From the NCBI GenBank assembly GCA_963663385.2, contig CAXXXD010000004.1, positions 928,001 to 992,000 of the forward strand: a stretch of 64,000 nucleotides of DNA, given 5' to 3'. The DNA is from Oceanispirochaeta sp. (GTDB lineage: Bacteria; Spirochaetota; Spirochaetia; DSM-2461). The notes beneath the pieces are model-generated. The model was not told the DNA's origin, made no database searches, and saw nothing but the letters and a program-made list of their open reading frames with translations. Made by a program: the position numbers and the translations under genes. Of this stretch, positions 31,229 to 41,363 are shown in pieces. Every line of letters starts with the position of its first letter. The first letter of the stretch is position 1.

Positions 31229-32555
31229 GATTGCCCGTTTGCCGCGGGTTGTCATCGCAGGAAGACCCAATGTAGGGAAATCTACCCTGTTTAACCGCAT
31301 TCTGAAAAAAAGAATTGCCATAACCGACCCCACTCCCGGTGTAACCCGGGACACCATCAGGCAGCGCTGTTTTTTAAAAGGGCAGGAAATCATGCTTATG
31401 GATACGGGTGGATTCAAACTGGAGCGGGATGACGATTTTGACGAACTGGTTTCTGAAAAGAGTCTGAATATGCTGAAAGAGGGGGATCTGATCCTCTTTC
31501 TGATGGATGTAAACGATATTACCAGCGAGGATGAAACTTTTATTGAACATCTAAGGCCCCATCGGGAGAAAGTCCTTCTGGTTGTTAATAAAATTGATTT
31601 TCCCGAGAAGGAAAACGAGATCTGGAATCTTTACTCTCTGGGGTTTGAGCATATAATAGGGATCTCCGCCACTCATGGCCGTAATGTGGAAGAACTCTAT
31701 GACAAAGTGCTTTCCATGATCGACTTTTCCCGTTTTGACGGTTCTCTGGAAACAGAGATAGACCCGGATATCAGTGTAGCCATTCTGGGAAAACCCAATT
31801 CGGGGAAATCCACCCTGACCAATAAACTGAGCGGTACAGATCATGCCATTGTATCCCCTATAGCCGGAACAACCCGGGATGTGATTGAGGGGCGGTTTAA
31901 GTACAAAGGGCAGAAATTCAGAGTTCTCGATACAGCGGGAATTCGAAAAAAGAAAAAAGTTATCGAGGATGTAGAGTATTACTCCGTGAACAGGGCGTTT
32001 AAATCCATTGAAGAAGCGGATGTGATCCTTCTGCTGATTGATGTGAACGAAGGTCTGACCGAACAGGATAAGAAGATTACCCAGCAGATTGTGAAAAACG
32101 GGAAGGGTGTTGTTCTTGTTCTGAATAAATGGGATACCACGGACAAGACCAAGGAAACATGGGATAAAACCAGGGATCGTGTGGAATTCCTCTTTCCCAT
32201 TCTGCATTTTGCTCCGATCATGGCTGTTTCAGGACTGGAGGGAACCGGTATTGACAAACTGCTGGATGAGGTTATGAAAATCTACAGACAGCTGACCAAA
32301 CGGATTGAAACAAGCGTTCTGAATGAAGCTCTTACGGACTGGGTGGATTTTAATCCCATTCCTGCGGTAAAAAACAAGCGCTACAAAATCCGTTATATCA
32401 CACAGGTGTCCTCCCACCCTGTAAAATTTATAGCATTTGTTAACAGATCCTCCGGATTTCCCGATTCTTATAAGAGATACATCATGAATCAGATCCGTAA
32501 AGAATTTGGAATGTCAAAAATTCCCATTAGCCTGGAATTGAAAGAGCGCTCCTGA
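31209..32555 (+). CDS. der: Ribosome biogenesis GTPase Der (EngA)
   Basis: Two G domains (GRPNVGKS/DTGG/NKID and GKPNSGKS/DTAG/NKWD) plus KH-like tail; probable TTG start after GGAGG, overlapping ptsI. Confidence 0.97.
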   Translation: MTSSQDKIARLPRVVIAGRPNVGKSTLFNRILKKRIAITDPTPGVTRDTIRQRCFLKGQEIMLMDTGGFKLERDDDFDELVSEKSLNMLKEGDLILFLMDVNDITSEDETFIEHLRPHREKVLLVVNKIDFPEKENEIWNLYSLGFEHIIGISATHGRNVEELYDKVLSMIDFSRFDGSLETEIDPDISVAILGKPNSGKSTLTNKLSGTDHAIVSPIAGTTRDVIEGRFKYKGQKFRVLDTAGIRKKKKVIEDVEYYSVNRAFKSIEEADVILLLIDVNEGLTEQDKKITQQIVKNGKGVVLVLNKWDTTDKTKETWDKTRDRVEFLFPILHFAPIMAVSGLEGTGIDKLLDEVMKIYRQLTKRIETSVLNEALTDWVDFNPIPAVKNKRYKIRYITQVSSHPVKFIAFVNRSSGFPDSYKRYIMNQIRKEFGMSKIPISLELKERS

Positions 32556-32581
32556 GTCTGATCTGATCCGGGAGAGTTGTT

Positions 32582-33937
32582 ATGGTGTGCCGAAAAGCGG
32601 CCCTTCGGATTATATTATTCCTTTTCATAAGTTCCTCATTTTCTCTTTGGGGGCAAACATCCTTTTTCAGTGAGGAGCAGATTCTGGCCCGAGCCGGATT
32701 TTACGAAAACACCGAGGTCCGGACAGGGATGAAGGAGGCCATAAATGCTCCTTTTTTCTCTCTTCTGCCAAGACAGAAAGAAATTCATGAGCAGGTACTG
32801 TCTCCGGTTGCTGTGGAGTTCGAACTGCGGAAGTCTGCCGAATCCTTTTATCTCCTTTTCAAGAATGAGCAAAACTACCGCTATCCCGTTTGGGGCAGGG
32901 GGAACTTTATTATTAAACGGGACTTGAAAACAGGGGCATTCCTTCAGGTAAAAATATTCCTCCAGAATGATGAAGACTCTTTTATCCGCCTTTTTCCTCT
33001 GGATGACGGGCGTTCTGTTCTGGATTTGATGCTTTACGGGGTACAGCTCTACTCTGATATTGTCATCCCTGTTTCTCTGGAGGATCTGTCGATCAGTTCT
33101 TTCTCCCGTTTGATGTATCTGACTCGCGGAACAGTCCGGTGGGACCTTCTTATGACAGACAGTTCCTATGCCGAGTGGGGGATCCTTTCATCCTTTGTCG
33201 AGACTGTAAGGGGAGAACTGGATACACTGCATGAAGCTGAAGACGGGGCTCAGGACAAGACGGGTCAATTTGTCCATATTGAAGATGGGAGCCCGCAGCA
33301 GGATAGGGGCGGTGTTAACTGTTCCGGTTTTGCCAAATGGGTTGCCGACGGGATGCTGAGAGGTAAGGATGACAGGGAGTTCCTTATTTCCATTGAAGAT
33401 CTTAAAACAGCTTCTGCGGAAGAAGAGGAACGCCTGGGGAATCCCTGGAGTACGACGCGGCAGGACCGGGATCCCTACTTCGGTCTGGACTGGACCCGGA
33501 ATCTGGCCCGGATACTGAAGCAGGCTCAGGGGGCTGCAGAAATGTCTTCTCCCCGGGAGATGGATGTTCGCAGTATGCCCTTTTTCAACTATATGGAAAA
33601 TATCGGTTATAATCTGGAAAATCTCAGGGCAGTGTTGTATCTTCTTGCAATAGAGAATCCCGGAGCATTTTATATGGGCGCTGTGAATTCTCAGTTCGGG
33701 GAGGATCCTGTTCTATGGCAGTATCATCATATTGTCCTGTTTTTCCCCTGGTTTACTTCAGACGGGGACTTCCGTCTGGCCGTGCTGGAAACCGGCAGGG
33801 AATCCTCTCTGGAGAATTTAAAGAGACGTTATCCGGATAGTTTCGTTCATCTTGTAAAGGTGGAGGGAGCCGATGATTTTATACCACCCGGGGGCACCCC
33901 GGCAGCAGAGGACGGCATGGCCGGTTCCGAAGAATGA
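32582..33937 (+). CDS. Hypothetical exported protein
   Basis: 451-aa ORF with N-terminal signal peptide; contains GVNCSGFAKWVADG and YHHIV. Confidence 0.8.
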   Translation: MVCRKAALRIILFLFISSSFSLWGQTSFFSEEQILARAGFYENTEVRTGMKEAINAPFFSLLPRQKEIHEQVLSPVAVEFELRKSAESFYLLFKNEQNYRYPVWGRGNFIIKRDLKTGAFLQVKIFLQNDEDSFIRLFPLDDGRSVLDLMLYGVQLYSDIVIPVSLEDLSISSFSRLMYLTRGTVRWDLLMTDSSYAEWGILSSFVETVRGELDTLHEAEDGAQDKTGQFVHIEDGSPQQDRGGVNCSGFAKWVADGMLRGKDDREFLISIEDLKTASAEEEERLGNPWSTTRQDRDPYFGLDWTRNLARILKQAQGAAEMSSPREMDVRSMPFFNYMENIGYNLENLRAVLYLLAIENPGAFYMGAVNSQFGEDPVLWQYHHIVLFFPWFTSDGDFRLAVLETGRESSLENLKRRYPDSFVHLVKVEGADDFIPPGGTPAAEDGMAGSEE

Positions 33938-33955
33938 TTTAACAGGAGTGAATTT

Positions 33956-34606
33956 ATGTTGGATATTATTATAAAAGGCGGTCCTATTTTATGGATAATT
34001 ATGCTGCTCTCCGTTCTGGCAACAGCAATTATCATCGAACGCCTGCTGTACTTTAAAAAGATTAAGGTTGACGAGGAAAAGCTGTTTCTCAGGATCAAGG
34101 GAGCCGTGGAAAAGGAACACTTTGATGAGGCCCTCTCTATCTGCGATACCAATGTTTCTCCTCTGACAGGACTGATGAAAGTCGGTATCAATCACAGGGA
34201 TCAGCCAGATTATATTCAGAAGGAAGTTCTGAAAGATGCCGCCCGTCAGGAGATCCCCCAGCTGGAACGCTTTCTGACCCCTCTGGGAACCATCGCCCAT
34301 ATATCCCCTCTTCTGGGGCTGCTGGGTACGGTAACCGGTAATATTAAGTCTTTCGGAATACTGGGCGGCGGAATTTCCATGGGAGACCCTTCCATTCTGG
34401 CCAAGGGTATTTCAGAAGCCCTTATTACAACCGCTGCCGGTTTGATCGTTTCCATCCCGGCTGTTATTTTCTATAACTATCTGGTGAACAAGGTTGAAAC
34501 GATTCTGATTAAAATGGAAAACCAGGTGAATGAGATGATCCTGCTTCTGAAAGGCCGGGAATCGGAAGACAGTGAGAAAACGGCTTCGCTGGGAGATATC
34601 CTATGA
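33956..34606 (+). CDS. MotA/TolQ/ExbB proton channel family protein
   Basis: GTIAHISPLLGLLGTVTG, GISEALITTAAGLIVSIPA. Confidence 0.95.
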   Translation: MLDIIIKGGPILWIIMLLSVLATAIIIERLLYFKKIKVDEEKLFLRIKGAVEKEHFDEALSICDTNVSPLTGLMKVGINHRDQPDYIQKEVLKDAARQEIPQLERFLTPLGTIAHISPLLGLLGTVTGNIKSFGILGGGISMGDPSILAKGISEALITTAAGLIVSIPAVIFYNYLVNKVETILIKMENQVNEMILLLKGRESEDSEKTASLGDIL

Positions 34607-35019
34607 TGTTCGAACGGCGGCTGAAACCGCACATCAATGTGGATCTGACTCCGCTGATCGATGTGGTTTTTCAGCTGGTAATCTTTTTTATGATATCCAG
34701 CGTTTTCAATACGGCCCCCGGAATCACTCTGGATCTTCCCGAGTCTGCTACAAGTGAAAATGTGGAGATAACCGAACTCAGGCTTACGGTTCTTTCAGAG
34801 GATGAGATCTATGTAAACAAGGATTTATGTAATCTGAACTCTCTTGAAGAAACCCTTATCCTTGTCAAGGAGCGGGATGCTCTTGAAGATCCTGTGGTGG
34901 TTCTGGATGGCGAGAGGAGTATTCCCTATCAGCTGATGATCGAGATGCTGGATGTCCTGCGCCGTCAGGGATACGATGGGGTAAACCTGGTTACGAGCGA
35001 GAAGAATAAGGACAGCTGA
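34603..35019 (+). CDS. ExbD/TolR family protein
   Basis: DLTPLIDVVFQLVIFFMI with the conserved TM Asp; overlaps the exbB-like gene. Confidence 0.95.
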   Translation: MMFERRLKPHINVDLTPLIDVVFQLVIFFMISSVFNTAPGITLDLPESATSENVEITELRLTVLSEDEIYVNKDLCNLNSLEETLILVKERDALEDPVVVLDGERSIPYQLMIEMLDVLRRQGYDGVNLVTSEKNKDS

Positions 35020-35978
35020 TGACGGCCTATCAGATTGCCTGGCAGAAAAAGCGGATCCGCCGCAGTTTTCTGGCAGCTTTTTTACTGCATTTTCTGCTGA
35101 TTGGCGGCGCTCTGCTGTATAATCTCTTTTTTGTGGAAGATCTGGAAGACTTTTCCGGTCCTGTACTGATCAAGCTGGGAGAACCGGAAGGAGCCGATCT
35201 GCCCCTGCCTCCCGAGCCGGCAGATACTCCAGAACCTCCTGAAGAGACTGTTCCGGAAACCGCGGACCTCCCCGAGGAAGCCGAGGTTATCCGGGAAGCT
35301 TACGTGCCGGAAGAGACCCCGTCCAGTCTGCCGGATACAGCCGAAAAACCCGAGGTGGAAACTCCCTCTCAGAGCGATACCCCCCGAACGGAAACGGCCG
35401 CCGCACCCGAATCGGTTCCGGAGAAACCGGCCGAACCGGAGCCGGTTACCATCATGGGGTCGGAAGACGGGAATGCCCACGAAACGGTTTTCTCAACGGA
35501 AGAGGGTGTAATCGGCCGCAATGTGTATCTCCAGATAAACTGGTTTATGCCTCTTCCGTATAATCTGGATCAGAAATACTTTGATAATATTGAAGGTGAT
35601 GCTATCAATTCATCAGAGGATTTTAAACGTATAATTACAAGGTACTATTCAGACAATCCTGTGGGCAAGGGATTCTACCTGAATCAGGACGCAGCAGATA
35701 ATATGACCTATGAGGAACGGTATACCTGTTGGAGTATCCTTGAAAAAAGCGGTTATCCCCTTTCGGAGGCGGAGTACAAGAAAAACAGGACCCTCAAACC
35801 CGTTGTTCTGAGTTTTACAATAGAAGCGAATGCGGTCTATCCCCAAGAAGTGGAAGTCCTGAAATCCTGCGGTTACAGTGATATAGATGAAGCGGTCAAA
35901 TACGGATTTGGCGTGTCTCAGTACAGCAATTCAACGGATCGAAAAGTAAAGGGCCGTTTTACATACCGCTTTGACTAA
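35019..35978 (+). CDS. TonB/TolA-like energy transducer
   Basis: N-terminal TM with His (AFLLHFLL), Pro/Glu-rich spacer, C-terminal VVLSFTI...VEVLKSCGYSDIDEAV resembling TonB_C. Confidence 0.7.
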   Translation: MTAYQIAWQKKRIRRSFLAAFLLHFLLIGGALLYNLFFVEDLEDFSGPVLIKLGEPEGADLPLPPEPADTPEPPEETVPETADLPEEAEVIREAYVPEETPSSLPDTAEKPEVETPSQSDTPRTETAAAPESVPEKPAEPEPVTIMGSEDGNAHETVFSTEEGVIGRNVYLQINWFMPLPYNLDQKYFDNIEGDAINSSEDFKRIITRYYSDNPVGKGFYLNQDAADNMTYEERYTCWSILEKSGYPLSEAEYKKNRTLKPVVLSFTIEANAVYPQEVEVLKSCGYSDIDEAVKYGFGVSQYSNSTDRKVKGRFTYRFD

Positions 35979-36053
35979 GCAGAAACAGCTTGCAAATACC
36001 CTATCATTACGGTACTGTAGAGACAGCTTATTAATGGATGGTTTTGCTGATTT

Positions 36054-36722
36054 ATGCCTATTAAAGCGGTTGCCTTTGATATAGACGGGACCTTGTATCC
36101 CAACTGGAGAATGAAGTTCCACTCTATTCCCTTTCTGTTTTCTCATATTTCTCTTGTGCTGAACTTTTCTCAGGTGCGGAAGGATATCCGGAAAATTGAA
36201 AAAGTCGATCACTTTCGTGACCTTCAGGCCAATCTGATGTCACAGAAAACAGGAATGGATGTGGATACGGCCCAGGATGTTCTGGAACGGATTATCTATA
36301 AAAAATGGGAAAAGATCTTTAAGCGGGTAAGACCTTACTCCGGTTTGGATAAGGCTCTGGTTACCCTCCGGAAGAGAGGGTATAAGCTGGGTATCCTGTC
36401 GGATTTTCCAGTGGGGAACAAACTGAATTATTTTCGTGTCGACGGGCATTGGGATGTGACAATGTCTTCCGAAGAGACCGGGTATCTGAAACCCCATGCC
36501 GCTCCCTTTCTGGCTTTGGCCGAACGCCTGGGCTGTGCCCCGGAAGAGGTTCTGTATGTTGGAAACAGCATAGAATATGATGTAGCCGGTGCATCTGCAG
36601 CAGGAATGAAAACTGTCTATATCAACTGGAAGAAACAGGATCTGCCCTCTGCCGATCTTTCCATTACCTCATACAGGCACTTTGTCGATAAAATCGAATT
36701 CCTGCTGGCTGACGGGGAGTAA
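36054..36722 (+). CDS. HAD-superfamily hydrolase
   Basis: AVAFDIDGTL motif I, ILSD, KPH, YVGNSIEYDV..A..AGM. Confidence 0.92.
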   Translation: MPIKAVAFDIDGTLYPNWRMKFHSIPFLFSHISLVLNFSQVRKDIRKIEKVDHFRDLQANLMSQKTGMDVDTAQDVLERIIYKKWEKIFKRVRPYSGLDKALVTLRKRGYKLGILSDFPVGNKLNYFRVDGHWDVTMSSEETGYLKPHAAPFLALAERLGCAPEEVLYVGNSIEYDVAGASAAGMKTVYINWKKQDLPSADLSITSYRHFVDKIEFLLADGE

Positions 36723-36725
36723 CAG

Positions 36726-39700
36726 ATGACTACCTTCAATACAGCCGATATTATTGTACTGGCCATTGTAGCCATTGTCCTTTTTCTCTATCGGCAGCTG
36801 GATAAAAATAACAGATCTCTGGAAAAGGTTCGCAAGTACGCCGATAAAGTCCGATTGGATCTGGATAAACTGACGAAAGAGAAGAAAACCGAGATTCACG
36901 ATCTGAATATCGATATTGAACTTCAGGAGAAAACCAACCGGGAAATCCTTAAAAGAATCCAGAGCGCCAACAGCGAAGCCCTTCAGCGTTCGGAGGAGCT
37001 GGATACGCTTCGTACTCAGCTGGACAAGGCATCCGGGCGTTTGTCCGATCTGGATGAGCTGACCCGCAATGTGGATGAGAATCTGCAGAGGATCCGGAAA
37101 GAGTCGGAGTATGTGGATTCCGTCGGGCTTCGCCTTAATGATCTGATAAAAAGAACAGAAGAACTGAAAGGCGGTATGGGTGAACTTGTAGGCGCCTTTA
37201 AAAAGAAGAATGCCGCCAGCATAGACGAGCTGAAGAGTGCCTTCAGCGGTGAAATGACCGTGGAGTACCGCCGTTTTGCCGAAGAGTTTCAGGGGCTTCA
37301 GGAAAAACTGGACAGTTTCCAGAGTTCCGTTACCCGGCTTGTTGAACAGCGTGACCGTCTGGCTTCCGAGAAGATGCAGGATTTTACCGAACAGCTGGCA
37401 GCGGTTGAAAATGATTATAATGTCAGGATTGAAAAAACCTCGCAGGAAGCCCTGGCTCTGGAATCTGATGTCTTTGCCGAATTAAAAGAACTGCTGGGAA
37501 ATCATAAAGATACCCTTCAGAGGGATTGGGACAGAACATCCTGTGATCTGTCTGCCAAAATGGAGAATACAAGCGACAATCTGGAAGACCGGATGACCTC
37601 TCTTCAGGAAGAAATGGACAAGATGGCTTCTCATCTCTCTCAAACAACGGGAGAGCAGGATCATGTGCTGTCCTCCATGAAAGAGGAGCTGGAGGTTATG
37701 CTCCAGGCCTTTACAACCTCCCGGACCAGTATGAGCCGGGTGAAGGAAGAGGTGGATCAGGAGCTGGAAAGAATGGAATCCCGTCTGACCGCTCATAAAA
37801 CAGATGTTGAAACCAGGCTGACCGATTTTTCCGAAACATTTACGGGTCGTATTGAGGAAACCGCGGAATCTCTGCAGCTGGAGTCTTTAAAAGCCATAGA
37901 GAAGAAGCTGAAGGAGTATGAAAGCGGATTCTTTCCCCGTTTTAACAGGCTGGAACAGTTTATGGCCGATATGGATGAACTGGAGGGATCCCTTCGTCAG
38001 ACCATGGACGAGGTTCAGACAGGTGTTCTGGAAGACTTCAGCCAGTTTGACCGCAGGATGCAGGACCTTCGTTCAGATGAGGAGAAAGAGACCGAAGAGC
38101 GTGCCGATAAACTGCGTCAGGCTATGAAAGAGCTGGAGCAGGGACTGGATGATCTGAAAAGCCGGGCCTATGATAATGTTTCAGAGCAGCTTCAGGTTTT
38201 TGAAGATGATTTTTTTGCAGATCTCAAAAAACGGGACAATACCCTGCAGTCCAGTTTGAAAGAGTGGCAGGATAATCTGAATATTCAGATTGGCGAAATG
38301 GCTGATCAGCAGAATCGGGACAGGGATGAAGTAGAAAGAACCTATACGGCCGAGATGAACAAGCGCCTGGGAGAAGTTCAGTCCAGGGTTTATCAGCAGC
38401 TTGAGAAATTTCAGGGGCAGGTGGAAGGATTCCGGGAAGCCCTTGACAGCGGTATGGCTGAGGGTACGGGCATGATGCGGCAGTACCATGAGAACCTCTC
38501 CGGTGAGATTGGAAAACTGCAGGACGAATCCATGTCCTATATGACGGGAATCCTGGAGAAGATGAAAACCCATCTTCAGGACAGGCTGGATAAAACACGC
38601 AGCGATTTCGGTCAGAATATGGATAGCCTTTTTGTGGAACTGGAACAGAACAGGAAGGATTTTCACAGCCAGAATGAAGCGGTTCAGTCTGATGTCACAG
38701 CCTGGCAGAACCGGGTTCTTCAGCAGATTCGTGATCAGGAAGCGGATATTACGGAGCAGTACGGCAACTTCAAGGATAAGGTCGCCGAACAGATACAGGA
38801 AGTCCAGGACGATTTCAAGTCCCAGAAAGAAGAGCTTATCCTTTCTACCAATGAAGAGCGTGCCGATCTGAAGCAGGATCTGGCTTCCATGGGTGAGAAA
38901 GTTTACCAGCTGCAGAATGATCTGAAGGATAAAACATCCCAGACCCTTGAGAAATTCAACAGTGATTATAATCTGTTTATCCTGGAGTTTCAGAAGAAGA
39001 TGCGGGACTCCCAGAATGATGCGGAGCTGAAGATCCGGGAGATGCGTCAGGGCGTTAACGATGCCCGGGAGAAAATGGAAGCTTTCCAGAAGAAGCTTTT
39101 TACACGTATTGAGGATGATTCCCGTCATCTGACGGAAAATCTGGAGGAGATTAACCGGAAACAGCAGGATTTTATCGCCCAGACCCATGTGTTTGAAAAG
39201 GCGGATCAGCTTAAGGAATCCCTTACCCGTGATTTGATGAGCCTGAAAACCGAAATCCAGCGTGTGGAAGGCAATATGGATCGGCTGCAGGAGTATCAGG
39301 ACGGATTTGTCCGGGTTCAGGATCAGTACAGGGAAGTTCTGGAGCAGATCAATCGTTTTATGGACGAAAAACAGAAGGTGGACGAACTGGAAGAGAAGAT
39401 ATCCCGTATGGTCAGCCTCTCCAAGTCGGTGGATCTCAAGCTGGATCAGGTTACTTCTTTCCATGATATGCTGCAGCAGTATCAGACCAGGGTTAAGGAA
39501 CTGGAAGATCAACACCATGCCATTGACGCCCGGTTTGCCCGGATTGAATCCAAGGCGAAGATGGTAGACCATACCGCCGAAAGCGTGGACCGTTATACTG
39601 TAGTTCTAAACAATATGGAACAAACCCTGTCCGAAATGAAAAGTGAGATCGATCCTCTGGCCGCCCGTATGGAAGGGGTCGAATCTAAAGATAGGATACT

Positions 39701-40064
39701 TATGGCCAACAGGGAACTGACTGACGAAATTTACGACCGGATATCTTCCCTTACGGCGGTTCTGGATGAACTGGATGAAAGAACGGAGAAAATTGACAAA
39801 GCCCGGGACTGGATTGCCAGGACCGAGACCCGTATGGACGGTGTGGTAAAACAGGCTCAGGATCAGGTTAAGCTGATCGGCAGGCTGGCAGAGAGGGATG
39901 GGCGTCCGGAAACGGCACGATCCGGCGGATCTCCCGATATGGACACCAGAGAAACAGTCCTCCGTCTGGCCAGACTGCAGTGGAAAACCGAAGATATCGC
40001 CCGGACCCTTAAACTGAGCCGGGGAGAAGTGGAACTGATTCTGGAAATTACACCCAAGGGCTGA
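36726..40064 (+). CDS. Large membrane-anchored coiled-coil protein (spirochaetal 'SpiroCoCo'-like) with short C-terminal HTH-like motif
   Basis: N-terminal TM then LYRQLDKNNRSLEKVRKY; about 1000 aa heptad-rich; C-terminal EDIARTLKLSRGEVELILE. Confidence 0.8.
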   Translation: MTTFNTADIIVLAIVAIVLFLYRQLDKNNRSLEKVRKYADKVRLDLDKLTKEKKTEIHDLNIDIELQEKTNREILKRIQSANSEALQRSEELDTLRTQLDKASGRLSDLDELTRNVDENLQRIRKESEYVDSVGLRLNDLIKRTEELKGGMGELVGAFKKKNAASIDELKSAFSGEMTVEYRRFAEEFQGLQEKLDSFQSSVTRLVEQRDRLASEKMQDFTEQLAAVENDYNVRIEKTSQEALALESDVFAELKELLGNHKDTLQRDWDRTSCDLSAKMENTSDNLEDRMTSLQEEMDKMASHLSQTTGEQDHVLSSMKEELEVMLQAFTTSRTSMSRVKEEVDQELERMESRLTAHKTDVETRLTDFSETFTGRIEETAESLQLESLKAIEKKLKEYESGFFPRFNRLEQFMADMDELEGSLRQTMDEVQTGVLEDFSQFDRRMQDLRSDEEKETEERADKLRQAMKELEQGLDDLKSRAYDNVSEQLQVFEDDFFADLKKRDNTLQSSLKEWQDNLNIQIGEMADQQNRDRDEVERTYTAEMNKRLGEVQSRVYQQLEKFQGQVEGFREALDSGMAEGTGMMRQYHENLSGEIGKLQDESMSYMTGILEKMKTHLQDRLDKTRSDFGQNMDSLFVELEQNRKDFHSQNEAVQSDVTAWQNRVLQQIRDQEADITEQYGNFKDKVAEQIQEVQDDFKSQKEELILSTNEERADLKQDLASMGEKVYQLQNDLKDKTSQTLEKFNSDYNLFILEFQKKMRDSQNDAELKIREMRQGVNDAREKMEAFQKKLFTRIEDDSRHLTENLEEINRKQQDFIAQTHVFEKADQLKESLTRDLMSLKTEIQRVEGNMDRLQEYQDGFVRVQDQYREVLEQINRFMDEKQKVDELEEKISRMVSLSKSVDLKLDQVTSFHDMLQQYQTRVKELEDQHHAIDARFARIESKAKMVDHTAESVDRYTVVLNNMEQTLSEMKSEIDPLAARMEGVESKDRILMANRELTDEIYDRISSLTAVLDELDERTEKIDKARDWIARTETRMDGVVKQAQDQVKLIGRLAERDGRPETARSGGSPDMDTRETVLRLARLQWKTEDIARTLKLSRGEVELILEITPKG

Positions 40065-40065
40065 C

Positions 40066-40866
40066 ATGTTTCATCACGGTTATATTTTTCAGACCATGCT
40101 GGCCGAAGCGGGACCGCTGAATGACGGCCAGGTTCGGCAACATGAGACTCTTCAACTCCTTTACGGCGTAAACAGACCCTTTCGTATCCGTTTGAATGAT
40201 GAGTGGCATAAGACCCGTTTATGCCTGTTATCTGAAGGGGTGCCTCACTATATCAATGGAGACGGGGACTGGCAGTACTGTTTTTATATCTACCCGGATT
40301 CTCATACGGGGTATCTGCTCAAGTCTTCCATTCTGAAAGATTCTCCCGTATCGGTCTTTTCGGGTGAAGAAAAATTGGGGAGGCTGAATGTTATGCCTTC
40401 TGCGGTACGTCCTATTCCTGCATTCGACCTGAAGATGCTTTTTGAACAGATTGTCTACTACTTTACGGGAAAACGCCCTTGTCTGCGTCCCGATCAGCCC
40501 CTTTTGAAAAAACTCAGGCATGGGATATATGGAGAAGGGATATTTTCTGCGGCGGATCTGTCAGAATTCTGCGGTATGGATAGTGGCGAGCTTGCTGACC
40601 AATTTAAACGGATGACAGAATTCAATCTGGATTCCTGGCTGCTGCATCAGAGGATGATGATTTTTTTTGACAGGCTGGAAAGAGCGGAACAGCGGTCAGA
40701 TGCCCAGCTGGATTCCCTCTGCCGCCAATCCGGATTTGCCGGTGTTGATGCTCTGGACAGACTGTTCTGCGATTTTTTCGGGATAACCTATACCAGATGG
40801 GCCGGGGCAAAAAGCCGGTCCGTTATTGTAACGGACCACAGATCGGAATTCCCCTGTTTTATGTAG
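40066..40866 (+). CDS. Divergent AraC-like transcriptional regulator
   Basis: N-terminal cupin-like segment (QHETLQLLYG...VPHYI); C-terminal SAADLSEFCGMD...FKR and SGF...L.RLF..FFG pattern. Confidence 0.6.
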   Translation: MFHHGYIFQTMLAEAGPLNDGQVRQHETLQLLYGVNRPFRIRLNDEWHKTRLCLLSEGVPHYINGDGDWQYCFYIYPDSHTGYLLKSSILKDSPVSVFSGEEKLGRLNVMPSAVRPIPAFDLKMLFEQIVYYFTGKRPCLRPDQPLLKKLRHGIYGEGIFSAADLSEFCGMDSGELADQFKRMTEFNLDSWLLHQRMMIFFDRLERAEQRSDAQLDSLCRQSGFAGVDALDRLFCDFFGITYTRWAGAKSRSVIVTDHRSEFPCFM

Positions 40867-40887
40867 TATATTAAAGGAGGGTGCGGA

Positions 40888-41202
40888 TTATTCAGCGGAT
40901 TCCTTATCTTCCAGATCTGGTTCCTTTTCCGGTTCCAGTACTGTCTGAGTTTTTTTCTCAAGAGTTTCCAGTGATTTTAGACTTCGGGCCATTATATCGC
41001 CGGTAGTGGCGGAAAGTTCAAGAAGATTCAGCAGTATCTTTTCCTGTTTAATCAGGTTGTTGTTCTGCTCTTCGAGGGTCGATATCCTCTCGGCTTGTTC
41101 TCTGAGAGCTTCCACAAGGGGGTGAACGTATTCCGTATTCCCTTCTTCTTCCATTACAAGCATGGTATTTATTTTGCCATTTATATATACATTTCTTATC
41201 AT
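40888..41202 (-). CDS. Small hypothetical coiled-coil protein, divergent from grpE
   Basis: ORF with heptads LVEALREQAERISTLEEQNNNL; start uncertain (41202 or nearby). Confidence 0.6.
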   Translation of the reverse strand: MIRNVYINGKINTMLVMEEEGNTEYVHPLVEALREQAERISTLEEQNNNLIKQEKILLNLLELSATTGDIMARSLKSLETLEKKTQTVLEPEKEPDLEDKESAE

Positions 41203-41363
41203 TGGTTTGATCCTAGCAGGTCTGAAGGAGAAAGACAATCAACTTTTTCTGCAGATAATAAATAAAAAAGGAAAAACAAATTCTTGACGATAAATCACAA
41301 AAATTATTATTTTTGATTAAGAAAATAAATATACTAAAATAATCTGACTGGAAGGTTTAGCAG

